Translations under genes and position numbers: made by a program
Origin: Asterias rubens
Taxonomy: Eukaryota
Direction: 5' to 3'
Length of the DNA stretch: 64,000 nucleotides
Assembly: GCF_902459465.1 (NCBI RefSeq)
Contig: NC_047075.1
Coordinates: 4,402,001-4,466,000, forward strand
Notes under the pieces: model-generated
The model's input: only the letters and a program-made list of their open reading frames with translations
Database searches by the model: none
Told to the model about the DNA's origin: nothing
Shown here: positions 37,425-47,266 of the stretch, in pieces
Position numbering within the stretch: position 1 is the first letter of the stretch
Layout: each line of letters starts with the position of its first letter

Positions 37425-40400
37425 CCGTTCTTTTAAAGCGCATTACAAACGGAGTCCCAATGCGCTGTACAAAGTCAGAAAGAAAAAACAGACAAAACTA
37501 GTTGGAGTTTAACAAGTGAGTTTTGAGAAGGCGTTTGAATTTATCCAGAGTTTTAGCGTCTTTGATGTTGCGGGGGAGTTTGTTCCAAAGAGTAGGAGAA
37601 GACGTAGAAAATGCACGCTGGCCGTAAGACTTAGTAGAAGCGGATGAACAGGCAAGTAGAGATTGTGATTGAGAGCGGAGATTTCGAGAAGGCTTGTATT
37701 TGTGAGCAAGTTCTTGCAAGTATGTAGGTGCGTGGCCATGGATACAGCTGTATGTCAGAAGAAGGGTTTTGTAAGCAATCCGTTGTCTAACCGGAAGCTA
37801 GTACAAGTCCGAGAAAATAGGTGAAATGTGGTCACAGGTTTTGGATGGTGTGACCAATCTGGTTGCTGACAGCAAGTCTGTAGCCAGACATTAAATTCTG
37901 ATCTTTCACACAGTTACTGCACAAGCACGCGCAACAATAAAAGTAAGCCAAAAAGTAAACACTTATTCTTTTGCAAGTTAAACAATTTACAAAATAGGTG
38001 TTACCTGAAAGCTCAGGTCTTCCCATGTATGTCGTAGGAACTAAAAGTAAAACCAAAAAAATAACAAAGTAATTATGTTATTGATAATAATAATAAAACA
38101 AAGCAATGACAACAAATTGCAGTAATAATAATACAAGACATTAAAGCGCGACACAAAACACAAAACAATGAAATACATTAAATACACTGGACAGCTTTGG
38201 TAATTTGTCAAAGACCAGTCTTCTCACTTGGTGTTTCTCAACATTTGCACAAAATAACAAACCTGTGGAAATTTGAACTCAATTAGCCATTGAAGTTGCG
38301 GGAGAATAAAGGAAGACAAAACTATGTTCTCTTTTTTAGATGATAAAACCATTTTCTCATCTTGATATTTCTAGTCTCTTTTTATTTTGATTCTGGTTTT
38401 GTAAGTAAAATCCCCGTCCAATCAAGAGATTCTGAGATACAAGTTCTGTGGTCTTGTTGATTTTCCCCCCAAAGTTGATCCATGCACACAACTGTCTGAT
38501 CTTTAGATCAAAAGCTATCACAATCTTTAAATATATTTACCTTCAAAACTGATCTTAGTTGGTATAACATCATGAAAGTGCGTCACCACGTTATGTTTGA
38601 ACTCATCCTCGTGTGGGTTATAGAGATCCCATGAGTAATAATACGTCTCAGCAAGCGCTACCATGTGGTACTCCCCCTGAGGTAGCGCCCTCGCTGGGTC
38701 CAGCTTGATTAGGAAGTGGAACGAGATCATATCTGTATTTCGCAGAGTAGGCACCTGAAAAATAAATTATCAACTAAAAACTTTTGAAATATGAAAAAAG
38801 GGATAGGTGTAATACACCTGTAGCTGATGTTAAGTTTGCATCCGGGCTAAAGAATATTAATTTTGGTTATACATGTACCCATATCATGGATGAGTGTTAG
38901 CACTGTTTACTCAGTACTTTCCTGAGTTGTGTAAAAAAATCACAGGCATTTTACTCGGGTGGGACTCGAACCAACAACCTTTGCAATTCTAGAGCAGTGT
39001 CTTACCAACTAGACCACCAAGAATGTTTATTAATCAGCATCTTGGAGAGTTTATATACTCTGACTGGTTGAAGGCTTATCCCAACTTCATAGAGTGGCTT
39101 CAACAGCAATTAAGTGCTTAACAACTTTGTGCTTAGCCTAAATGAGCAGGATACCAGTCACTGATGATACATTTGTACATGCAGAAGGGTATTTTGGCTA
39201 GTTATTCTGGAGGCCATATTTTTGTGCTTAGCTAGCTTTTGTGCTGAAGACGCTGTATGAAATTGCCTCCAGCTGCCTCCAGCAAATGGGTACATTAAGC
39301 TTGGTGGTCTACATGTAATAACGTAAGGAATAGCACAGCTCCTGGGTTCAACTCCAATCAGAGCCATAAGCGCCACCAACCGACTGGTGGCGCCTCATTC
39401 TGAGGATGACTAGTGATACTAGTCGAAACGTAAACAAAATTTACTTAAGTATTGGCTGTGTTTTGTAGAAAATTCATTTGATGAATTGATATTTTACCAG
39501 CCTGATGAACTTCTTACAAAGCAAGCCAATGGTTTGGTATTTGTCACAGGACTCGATAAAATATTGTGTAAACAGTGGTTGACGCACATCGATTTATAAA
39601 TTAATATAAAGAAGCAGTTACACTTACAAAAAATTGGAAGCCTTTGGTAGGGTCTGTGCGTAGGGCCTCGGCTGGCTGCAGAGCGTTAGTTTCATGAAGA
39701 GAGGTCTTGTGGTTAGTGAGGTTGACATACTCGATGTACGTTGGGAACATCCAGACGATGGAGATGTCTCTAGCTGTTAACGTTGATAGAGGGTTATGGA
39801 ACACCTCGGTGTAGAACTCCAAAAGGTCTCTATAACAGAATCAGAGAATGAGTTCAGGGCCCAATTTCATATCGCTGCATAGCGGCAAGCAAATTTGCGT
39901 GCTTAATGTAGCAGACAAGTTTTCTAACGTGCAAGCGTACTTCACAGGTTAGTAGAAAAATTGGGTGGTCATATTGCATGTTTGCCATGGATTTACATTG
40001 TGACGTCATTTATTTTAGGGCGGTTAGCACGGCAAGGTTAGCACTTTTTCGTGTGCTTATGGTTAGCAGCGCTATGAAATGGAAATGGCACAGTAACCAC
40101 AAAATCGGCCGCTAAGCAGCGCTACGAAATTGCGCCCTGGTGAATTTCGTACCAAGGCCCCCCCATCGGAAACTCGCAGTTGGATCTGTCAAAAGGAATA
40201 GTGTCGCTTTGTATTTGACCCTCCCTTTAAAGAACATTCACTTCTGTGGCATATATGGTCTCAATGCAACTTCCAGTTGCTGTTCTAGTTATTATTATTA
40301 TTATTAAAAAGATTTATATAACGCATTTCCAAAATAGACCAATGCGCTTTACAATAAACACTGAAATTAAATACAATGGAAAGCAAAAAAGCACACACAT

Positions 40401-43400
40401 AAAAAGCACTTGAAGAAACAGCCATTAAAGAAGTACATGTATATTGAAAATTACCAAAATATAAAACCTAGGGGAAAAGCTTTGCAAAGAAAAATAAAAA
40501 AAAATAAAAACAATAAAATAAACCAGCAACATTAAAATTCCTTTGGAAAGAGGAAAGTAAAAAAAAAACACTAGTTGCTGTGACGTCATCACTCTTTGCG
40601 CATATATGACGTTCTACTATTTTCTTCTTGTACCCCCTGTTTCGGGCTAAATGGTATCACAAATAAGTAACAAAAACAAAACAATGAACCCTCCTTAATA
40701 ACTCTCTGAACCACGGTAGCAACATTTTCACAGAATACGCAATTAACTGACTGGGAACTGTGTAGAAAACTGATTTCAAAAGTTTTTTGGGGATAAAGAT
40801 TGGTGTTGACTCACCCTGGTACAAACCCTTCAATCTCTGGTGCTACCCAGACGTTCATATCCAACCAGATTGTTCCAGCCTGTCAAATAAATAAAATAAT
40901 GTACACATATCAATTTGGTTTGTACTCAAACACTGGTTTTTAATAAGGGAATCAATGTGTGGTGAAGAGGTTTTCAACTAGTGGTTTAATCCCAACGAGG
41001 CCTGGTTCTTAATAATTTTACCGAGACGAAGTCGAGGTAAATTATCAAGAACCAGGCCTCGGCGGGTATAAACCACTAGTTAAAAACCGATTCAACACAC
41101 TTTGATTCCCATTCATTAATACCTTTTCGGTCAAAAAGTAAAATAAATGCAAAAAATATAATCGTTCAATGATTTCCTTCAACACAACACCCCTCCAGCT
41201 ATGAAATGGTAAAGCCCTCCACTGCCCTCAGGTAAACAACTCCTTATAAGGGAATGCTGTGCACGTATCGCGTGATGTGGCACAACTGTCCCGGCAGGTG
41301 CTCTCGACCAATAGGAATGAAGAAACTGTCTTATAAGAACAGGTGCACAGCTCGCGTGTCACGCCCATGTTGTTAACACTTTTCACTGGTCATAAACAAA
41401 GGATTATACACACCCACGTGACGTGCTCTCCACCAATAGGAATTGCGAAACTGTCTGAGGTATTTATGAATAAGCATTTGTAATATCAGGTTGTTGTTTT
41501 TGTTTTGTTTTTGGGGTAGTGGTGCAGAAAGCTGTGAGACAGTGATTATCAAATATTGGTGTAAGCATTACAATGGGAATGCTCCACTAAAGAAAAACGC
41601 TAAAAAGGAACATCCTTTTCCTCTGACAACTCACACCTGTTATATCAATGTAATTAATTTACCAAAACAGTGGATCATTTTGGATCATGCACAAATCACT
41701 GGTGCCTTGGAAAACTAATCGCACAAAGGAAGGACAAAGGAGCTGATGCATTCCTTGAAGATACAAATGGTTTGGAGCATGGTCAATAGTAATCAGCTGA
41801 TAAATGACAACATTATTATGATTATTATGATTGATGTACATTGTACTTACTTCAAGTCTGTATGGGGCAGACGGCAGGATAGTAGGGGTGTGTTCCTCAC
41901 CGTGATCGTAGGTAACAAAGGGCTGTAGAATCTCAGTGATTCCTTTGGTAAGCAGAGGGGTGATAGACAGAGTGATATCAAAGCTGAATACGTCCTGTCA
42001 AGAGCAAGATTGTTAGTTATATAGCGTCTAAACTCTGGTAAATTTTAGTAGGGCACAAATGGGGTGCACTGAATCTCATATGAATTCCTCCTAAAGCAGA
42101 GGGGTAATAGACAGAGTGATGCCAAAGCTGAATACGTCCTGTCAAGAGCAAAATTTTCAGTTATTAGCAGCGTTTAAACTCAAGTTAATTTCAGTGGGGA
42201 ACAAAAGGGGGTAAACTAATTTTTCTAGGGGGGCACTTCTGGCCAAACGCCATTAGTGAGTTCTATTTGAATAATGCCTGGCACAATGATTTGCTTAGTA
42301 ACAAGTTACCGCTCAAATTTGAATTCCTCAGACTATAGAGACAAGCGGGTTTCAAACGCTTTTCATCGACCAGATCGTCCGATCGGAGGCAACATGTTCC
42401 TTTAAAGCCTATAGTGCTTACTTCCCGCGAGTGCGAATGCATTATTGGAAGTCACAGCTCTGGTTCTGCTAAGCATGTTTCGTGAGAGTTCAACACGCCT
42501 CAACTCTTCAGAAATATTCTTTGAACATTTGCAGGAAGTATGAAAAGTGCTATTACTCTGGTTAGTTTTAGGTGTCAGAGGTCCAAATTTCAAATGGGAC
42601 GGGGGGAAGGTGGTTCACGGATATCAGATGTGGAGGGGGCATAATTCTTAATGCTTTCTTTACCTCCTGTTCATCATAGAGTCCTGCATACCATTCACAT
42701 TGCTGCCTAGCTATGGAGCCTTCCAAGGGGCCGTAGATCAGAATAAAATCTGCACCTCCACAGGTCATGTTAGAGTTACCTGCCAAAAAGAATGTAAACT
42801 AATAAAGGCCAAAGGGGTCTTACTCTGTGTAACGTTTGTTCAGTTTATGAAGACCATGCTGATGATGTTATGGTTTGTCACATCAACTAATAATAATCAT
42901 AATGTAACGGCGCTCCACACTCCGAAAATTGGGGCCACCGCTAGTTATGAAATGCCACTAATAATAGTTGTCTTAAAACACAAACAACTCAAATGAATGC
43001 ACAAGGAAAATTTATAGAATTTCACGATTATTTAAATGATTTTAATAAATCTTTGCACTATCATTATGGTCGCCCAGGGGAGGCAGTTTACTTATAACTC
43101 TCTATAGCAAAACATGACCAGACAACTTAATGAAATACAAAGCAATTAGCGGAACCAGCTAGAGCAATAACATGAGGATAAGTGAGGTTTTGTTGGGTGC
43201 ACTACAGCACCCGAGCAACAGCAACTGCAGTAGCAGTGGGCACTGCATGCACATGATATAAATATTAGCAAAATATTACTGACAAAATTAGGTAAGGAAT
43301 GAGCAAGGCGAATAATGACACGAGGTAGAAAGAAAATAAGTAGTACTTACAGCACAGTACGGATGCGGTGGTGGATAGTCGCAATCCGTATACATGTAGG

Positions 43401-43904
43401 TCTTATCTTATTTTATTACAACGTATGTAGATCATGACTTATCAAAGTTGTACAGAGGTTATTCCTTATTTTTGGAGATTAATGAAGCTTTCTTATTTGT
43501 AATACCTGTACATGTACTTGTATGAGGTGCAGGACCTAGCTCGCAAATATTTGAGAGGCGAATTTCTTGCTTAAAAGCATTAAGTAAAGACATAGTAATC
43601 AGGGTAAAGAAGTAATCAATGTCATGCAAAATGTGTAATCGGTTTTTGTTTTGAAAAATATTTTCTCTTGACCCAGATGGCCGATCGATCTCAAATTTCT
43701 ACAGGTTTGCCAGTTTATGTATAGTGGATTACATCAAGTTCTTATGGCAGTGAAGAACCTTTTTCCATTAGCTTTGGGAACACTGCTTTAATTACCTGTG
43801 CATGGTACATCACAATATTCAACAGTCACAGGTTCAACAGCGACTAGCTCTTTGGTTACATTCCGCCACTTCAAGAGGTCCTCACTGCAGTTTCCAAGAT
43901 AAAT
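28262..43904 (-). CDS. Large probably secreted or anchored glycoprotein: reduced WSC-like N-terminus, giant Cys-rich insert, Asp-box C-terminal region (at least 2224 aa, 5' end uncertain)
   Basis: Exons 5'->3': 43904-43796, 42779-42664, 40879-40815, 39829-39628, 38754-38541, 38040-38005, 37336-37252, 36447-36267, 35914-30598, 29729-29469, 28350-28262. All GT-AG, phases chain correctly, total 6675 nt = 2225 codons ending TGA. WSC-like YLGNC...VTVEYCDVPCTGNSNMTCGGADFILIY; Asp-box SHDFGESW; ends VVGTWQCCKSQP. Confidence 0.8.
29051..29194. repeat. Minisatellite, 6 perfect 24-bp units
   Basis: (gccaaagccactctgccaaaagga)x6 in the last intron of the minus-strand gene. Confidence 0.95.
30169..30406. 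mobile_element. Inverted-repeat element in the intron after the giant exon
   Basis: 35-bp inverted repeat gtgacgtcaatccaggcagactttgcctgcaatgc with 2 mismatches. Confidence 0.6.
30598..35914 (-). CDS. Single 5317-nt internal exon encoding Cys-rich repeats
   Basis: Covers almost all of ORF 30494-35920. Polypyrimidine acceptor before 35914 (tttttttcttgtctcgatttgcag). Donor G|gttggt at 30598/30597 joins the next exon in frame (HWR-A-LHSTVGNLLG). Confidence 0.88.
37370..37875 (-). mobile_element. 5'-truncated L2/CR1-clade LINE 3' end
   Basis: HISPIFSDL...PVRQRIAYKTLLLTY...HAPTYLQEL...RNLRS...YGQRAFS...LWNKLP...FKRLLKTHL; gcgcattgg...aatgcgc stem and a long (TTA)n tail. Confidence 0.85.
39398..39434 (+). 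ncRNA. Minimal hammerhead ribozyme-like motif (Penelope-element type)
   Basis: CTGAGGA-t-GACTAGT-gat-ACTAGTC-GAAAC-GTA: intact CUGANGA and GAAA boxes with a 7-bp stem II; stem I is weak (2 bp). Confidence 0.5.
39857..40137. mobile_element. MITE with GGGCCCAATTTCAT termini, diverged
   Basis: gggcccaatttcatatcgctgcatagcggc ... gccgctaagcagcgctacgaaattgcgccc; starts about 27 nt upstream of the 39829 acceptor. Confidence 0.7.
40947..41468 (+). mobile_element. TIR-less dispersed repeat, family E (about 520 bp), with an internal palindrome of about 115 bp
   Basis: Copies at about 16515-17046 (+), 22490-22742 (-, deleted), 48445-48965 (-), 56540-57066 (-). Palindrome 40971-41085 has the apex ccgagacgaagtcgagg. 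Confidence 0.8.
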
Positions 43905-43977
43905 CTACAAGAGAAAACAATGAGAAATTAACAAAACCAGTCAGTTTCAGGAATATACAGTAAAAATGAATTTGAAG

Positions 43978-44560
43978 AGTGTCATGGCCGAGTGGTTCAG
44001 AGCATCGCATTCAAGTTCTGGTGGTTAAGTCATCAGAGTGTGGGTGTGAATCCCGTTCGTGACACAGTGTCCTCGAGTAAGATACTTTACTATAATTGCT
44101 TCTCTTCAGCCAGGGGTAGAAATGGGTACCTGTGAGTGGGTGCAGGCTGTAAATGAAAAGTCCTTCAGAGCGCCACGACAGCAGGGACTGTACATATTAT
44201 TCCCCAGGGAGCTGAGAAAGGTTTGAGAGATGGTATTGGGTTAATGACTAGGGCACTATAATTGGTGCGTTCGATTAGCTTCCCTGGGTCGACCCCGCAG
44301 TGCTCACTCAGAGTCTCAGGTGCACCCCTGACAAGAGCTAATCAAACGATCACACTCGCCCTCTCGTGGTGACGGCATGCACCTCATGTCGCCCCCAAGT
44401 GACCCACTCCACAAGCAGGGCACTGGGGGCTGACCCGGGTGAGCCCCGTCACAGCTATTTGAACGTACCGGGCAGACCGGGGTCGACCCAGGGAAGCTAA
44501 ACGAACGCACCCAATGTAAAGCGCATTGATGGTTTATTGTAAAATTTCTTATTATTAATT
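43978..44560 (+). mobile_element. tRNA-derived SINE interrupted by a MITE
   Basis: A-box tggccgagtgg, B-box-like ggtgtgaatcc, body gtgtcctcgagtaagatacttta...aaatgggtacc, L2-like tail gtaaagcgcattga after the MITE. Relatives near 36830-36910, 38930-39020, 51000-51120, 52200-52300, 59100-59220, 60300-60400. Confidence 0.65.
44263..44512. mobile_element. PIF/Harbinger-like MITE inserted in a SINE tail
   Basis: 33-bp TIR ggtgcgttcgattagcttccctgggtcgacccc (1 mismatch); aat on both sides suggests a 3-bp TSD. Confidence 0.78.
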
Positions 44561-45236
44561 TCAATTATTTGTTTTAGCTCAAAAATTCCTTGAATCAGTC
44601 TAGGAAAATGAATATCATTTTATGAGTTATAATGCCAAGCTATACTGTACGTACTAATATATGCGGTTGTATTTGTAAAAATAATAAGGTTTATTGTGTT
44701 TCAGAACTGCAATGCGTTATGGGTAGGCAGTGGGGGCATAGGCTGACCGCGGTGTACATTTACGTTGTCGTGCACGACGTGCACATGCATGTCCTATATT
44801 ATATCTTTGTGTGGGTTCAACAGCGCCCTCAACTGATATGCTATTCACTGTAGTACCTTATCATCTAGGAACTTTTCAAAATGGGAGACTTGGCTAATTG
44901 CCGTATCAAATCAAGGGCTTTTTGCCTCTTGTTAACCAGGCAACTTTTTAAGGACAAAAAATGGCGTAGTAAACAAAATAAATTCTCCTGCCATACCACA
45001 GTTAATAACCAGGATGTACCTTTAAGTCGCATACATGGCATAGGGCTAAACGGCACTGGACACTTTTGGTAATTACTCAAAGTAATTACAACATCTTTCT
45101 AACCATACCGATTTTATAACAAACGGTTACAGAATGCTTTTCAAGGACCAACTCGACCGATCCAAGGCAACGTGTTCCTGTAAGTATTATACAGTAAGGC
45201 ATATTGATTGAATACAGTCCACACAATAATCTCAAC

Positions 45237-46063
45237 CTGAAAGTCGGGCAGAACGAAAGCGGATACTATGCAAAAAGTTGACTCTTTTGTCACCATTATA
45301 CATGTACAATGTAGCTAACAGCAAACTCAAAGCTGTCTTGTATTTTAGGAAGTGCCTTAATTACCAAAATGTACCCTGATGCTGAAGTAACGTAGGGCAT
45401 TATACACGTACTTGTAAACCAGTTAAAGCCATTGGACCCTTTCGGTACAGAAAAACAAAAAAAAGTTCACAGATTTACAAATAATTTACAGGGTTTACAG
45501 AAGGTAATGGTGAAAGACTTCTCTTGAAATATTAGTCCATGAAATGCTTTACTTTTTGAGAAAACGGTAAAACAATATAAATTCTCGTTAGCGAGAATTA
45601 CGGATTTATTTTAAACACATGTCATGACACGGCGAAACGCGCGGAAACAATGTTGGGTTTTCCCGTTATTTTCTCCCGACTCCGATGACTGATTGAGCCT
45701 AAATTTTCACAGGGTTGTTGTTTTATATATAAGTTGTGATACACGATCTGTGGGACTTGGACAATACTGTTTACCGAAAGTGTATAATGGCTTTTAAGTA
45801 TTATATTGAAAATATTGATCGTGCAATTAACACAACCATCTCAACTTGAAGAAGCCGTCAGACCATTGTGATGGAAAAACCCTGCTCTACTGGAGTACAA
45901 TGAAAGGGCTAAACTATAGAAGCATTAGTGAAAAGGTTTTCAATAGGCAATTAGTCAGGAAATTATTACACCACAGGCGTAAGCAGAGCGGGAAGAGCAC
46001 AGCCAATGAAAACACGCTACAGATGATGATGGTGTATGTCTTCAAGCTTTTGTCTTGTGCCAT
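45237..46063 (-). CDS. Tentative 5' exons of the minus-strand gene (46063-45970 and 45265-45237)
   Basis: MAQDKSLKTYTIIICSVFSLAVLFPLCLRLW + L + SAFVLPDFQ splices in phase to the 43904 exon (IYLGNC) and gives a hydrophobic leader. Donor sites (T|gtaata, G|gttgag) are weak. Confidence 0.3.
45423..45797. mobile_element. TTAA-flanked MITE, family A; empty site present in the paralogous block
   Basis: Filled site ccagTTAA[agccattgg...taatggctt]TTAAgtatt; empty site ccagTTAAgtatt at 63193-63205. Confidence 0.88.
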
Positions 46064-46267
46064 TTTTCTTTCTTTTGCTCTCACTCTCTCATCGCTGTGA
46101 AATGCTGATGTCAATGGGTGGAGTTTAAAATTGGTTGCGACCGAAGATGTGGTTCATTTAATCCGTCTATGAAGAACCGTCAGTGTCAGGACATCTTTTC
46201 ACAGTCAGTTAAAGGGGGAAAATTAACACACAAAACATCTCTCTGATAGAATCCACGAACATTCATC

Positions 46268-47266
46268 ATGGAAGTTATGATGATCATAATCTTGGTTAAG
46301 ACTTTGATGGTACAAACCTGCCAGGGTGAAAACCAACAACAGTTCAGCGAACCGTTTTACCTGGCTGAAAACCAAGCCTTACTGAATCATGTGTTTCAGT
46401 TGAAGACTGTATCTTCTCCTGTGATCTGTGGGAGAGACTGCTCTATGGATCCACAGTGTGCATCATTCAACTACCACATCATAAAAGGTATTTGTGAATT
46501 GAATATTGCCAGCAGAGCCCACAGCCCTGATGACTTTGTTGAGATTCAAGGAAGTGCCTACTATGATGACAACTTGGACACTTTATCATTTTCACTACCC
46601 AGCACTACCACTACAACAAGTTACAGTAGTTGTCTGGAGATGTATCAAGCTGGTTACAGCATCAATGGTTTATACACCATCTTTCCTTCAAGCGTGCCTG
46701 ACGGGTTACAGGTTTACTGTGATATGGAGACAGATGGAGGAGGCTGGATCGTGTTCCAGAGGAGACAAGATGGCTCTGTTGACTTTGACCGTACCTGGGC
46801 TGATTACCAATCTGGGTTTGGTGATCTGCAGAATGAGTTCTGGTTGGGGAATGATATCCTTCGTGACCTTACTGGATCGGGTCAATGGCAACTCAGGATA
46901 AATATGGAAGATTGGCAGTCCAACACAGCTTGGGCTTCTTATGGTCAGTTTGCTGTTACAGGTGACAAGTACACTCTCCAGGTTGGTTCATATGATGCTC
47001 AGAGTACAGAAGGTGATTCAATGGCATGGCATGATGGTCAATCATTCACAACGAAGGATCAGAACAATGATGCAGGGTCTGGTTACAATTGTGCCGAGGG
47101 ATATGAAGGTGCCTGGTGGTTTAAAGCTTGCTTTCGTGCTCATCTGAACGGTAAATACTATCCACAGGGAGAGGTGTCATATGCACAGGGAATACAATGG
47201 TACAGCTGGAAAGGATGGTACTACTCCCTGAAGAAATGCAGCATGAAAACACGGCAAGTTTTGTAA
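46268..47266 (+). CDS. Secreted PAN/Apple + fibrinogen C-terminal (FReD) protein F1, 332 aa, uninterrupted CDS
   Basis: Signal peptide MEVMMIIILVKTLMVQTCQG; PAN pattern VICGRDCSMDPQCASFNY...CELN; S/T linker; FReD VYCDMETDGGGWIVFQRRQDGSVDF, EFWLGND, FTTKDQNND, GAWWFKAC..HLNG. Confidence 0.93.
   Translation: MEVMMIIILVKTLMVQTCQGENQQQFSEPFYLAENQALLNHVFQLKTVSSPVICGRDCSMDPQCASFNYHIIKGICELNIASRAHSPDDFVEIQGSAYYDDNLDTLSFSLPSTTTTTSYSSCLEMYQAGYSINGLYTIFPSSVPDGLQVYCDMETDGGGWIVFQRRQDGSVDFDRTWADYQSGFGDLQNEFWLGNDILRDLTGSGQWQLRINMEDWQSNTAWASYGQFAVTGDKYTLQVGSYDAQSTEGDSMAWHDGQSFTTKDQNNDAGSGYNCAEGYEGAWWFKACFRAHLNGKYYPQGEVSYAQGIQWYSWKGWYYSLKKCSMKTRQVL

Larger units (their letters stand above)
44454..46597 (+). 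repeat. Segmental duplication block XY, copy 1 (5' flank and start of F1)
   Basis: Matches 61626-64000; begins inside a MITE (gctatttgaacgtaccgggcagacc). Confidence 0.9.

Noticed and set aside
38950-39020. tRNA-like sequence on the minus strand (tggtctagttgg...ggttcgagtcc), with similar ones at about 4080, 36850, 43985 and 52250
   Set aside because: A and B boxes are present but there is no complete cloverleaf, and they continue into shared repeat bodies, so they are SINE heads rather than tRNA genes.
45846-46100. 84-aa + strand ORF duplicated at 63249-63503
   Set aside because: Conservation reflects the recent segmental duplication only; TTG start and no motifs.
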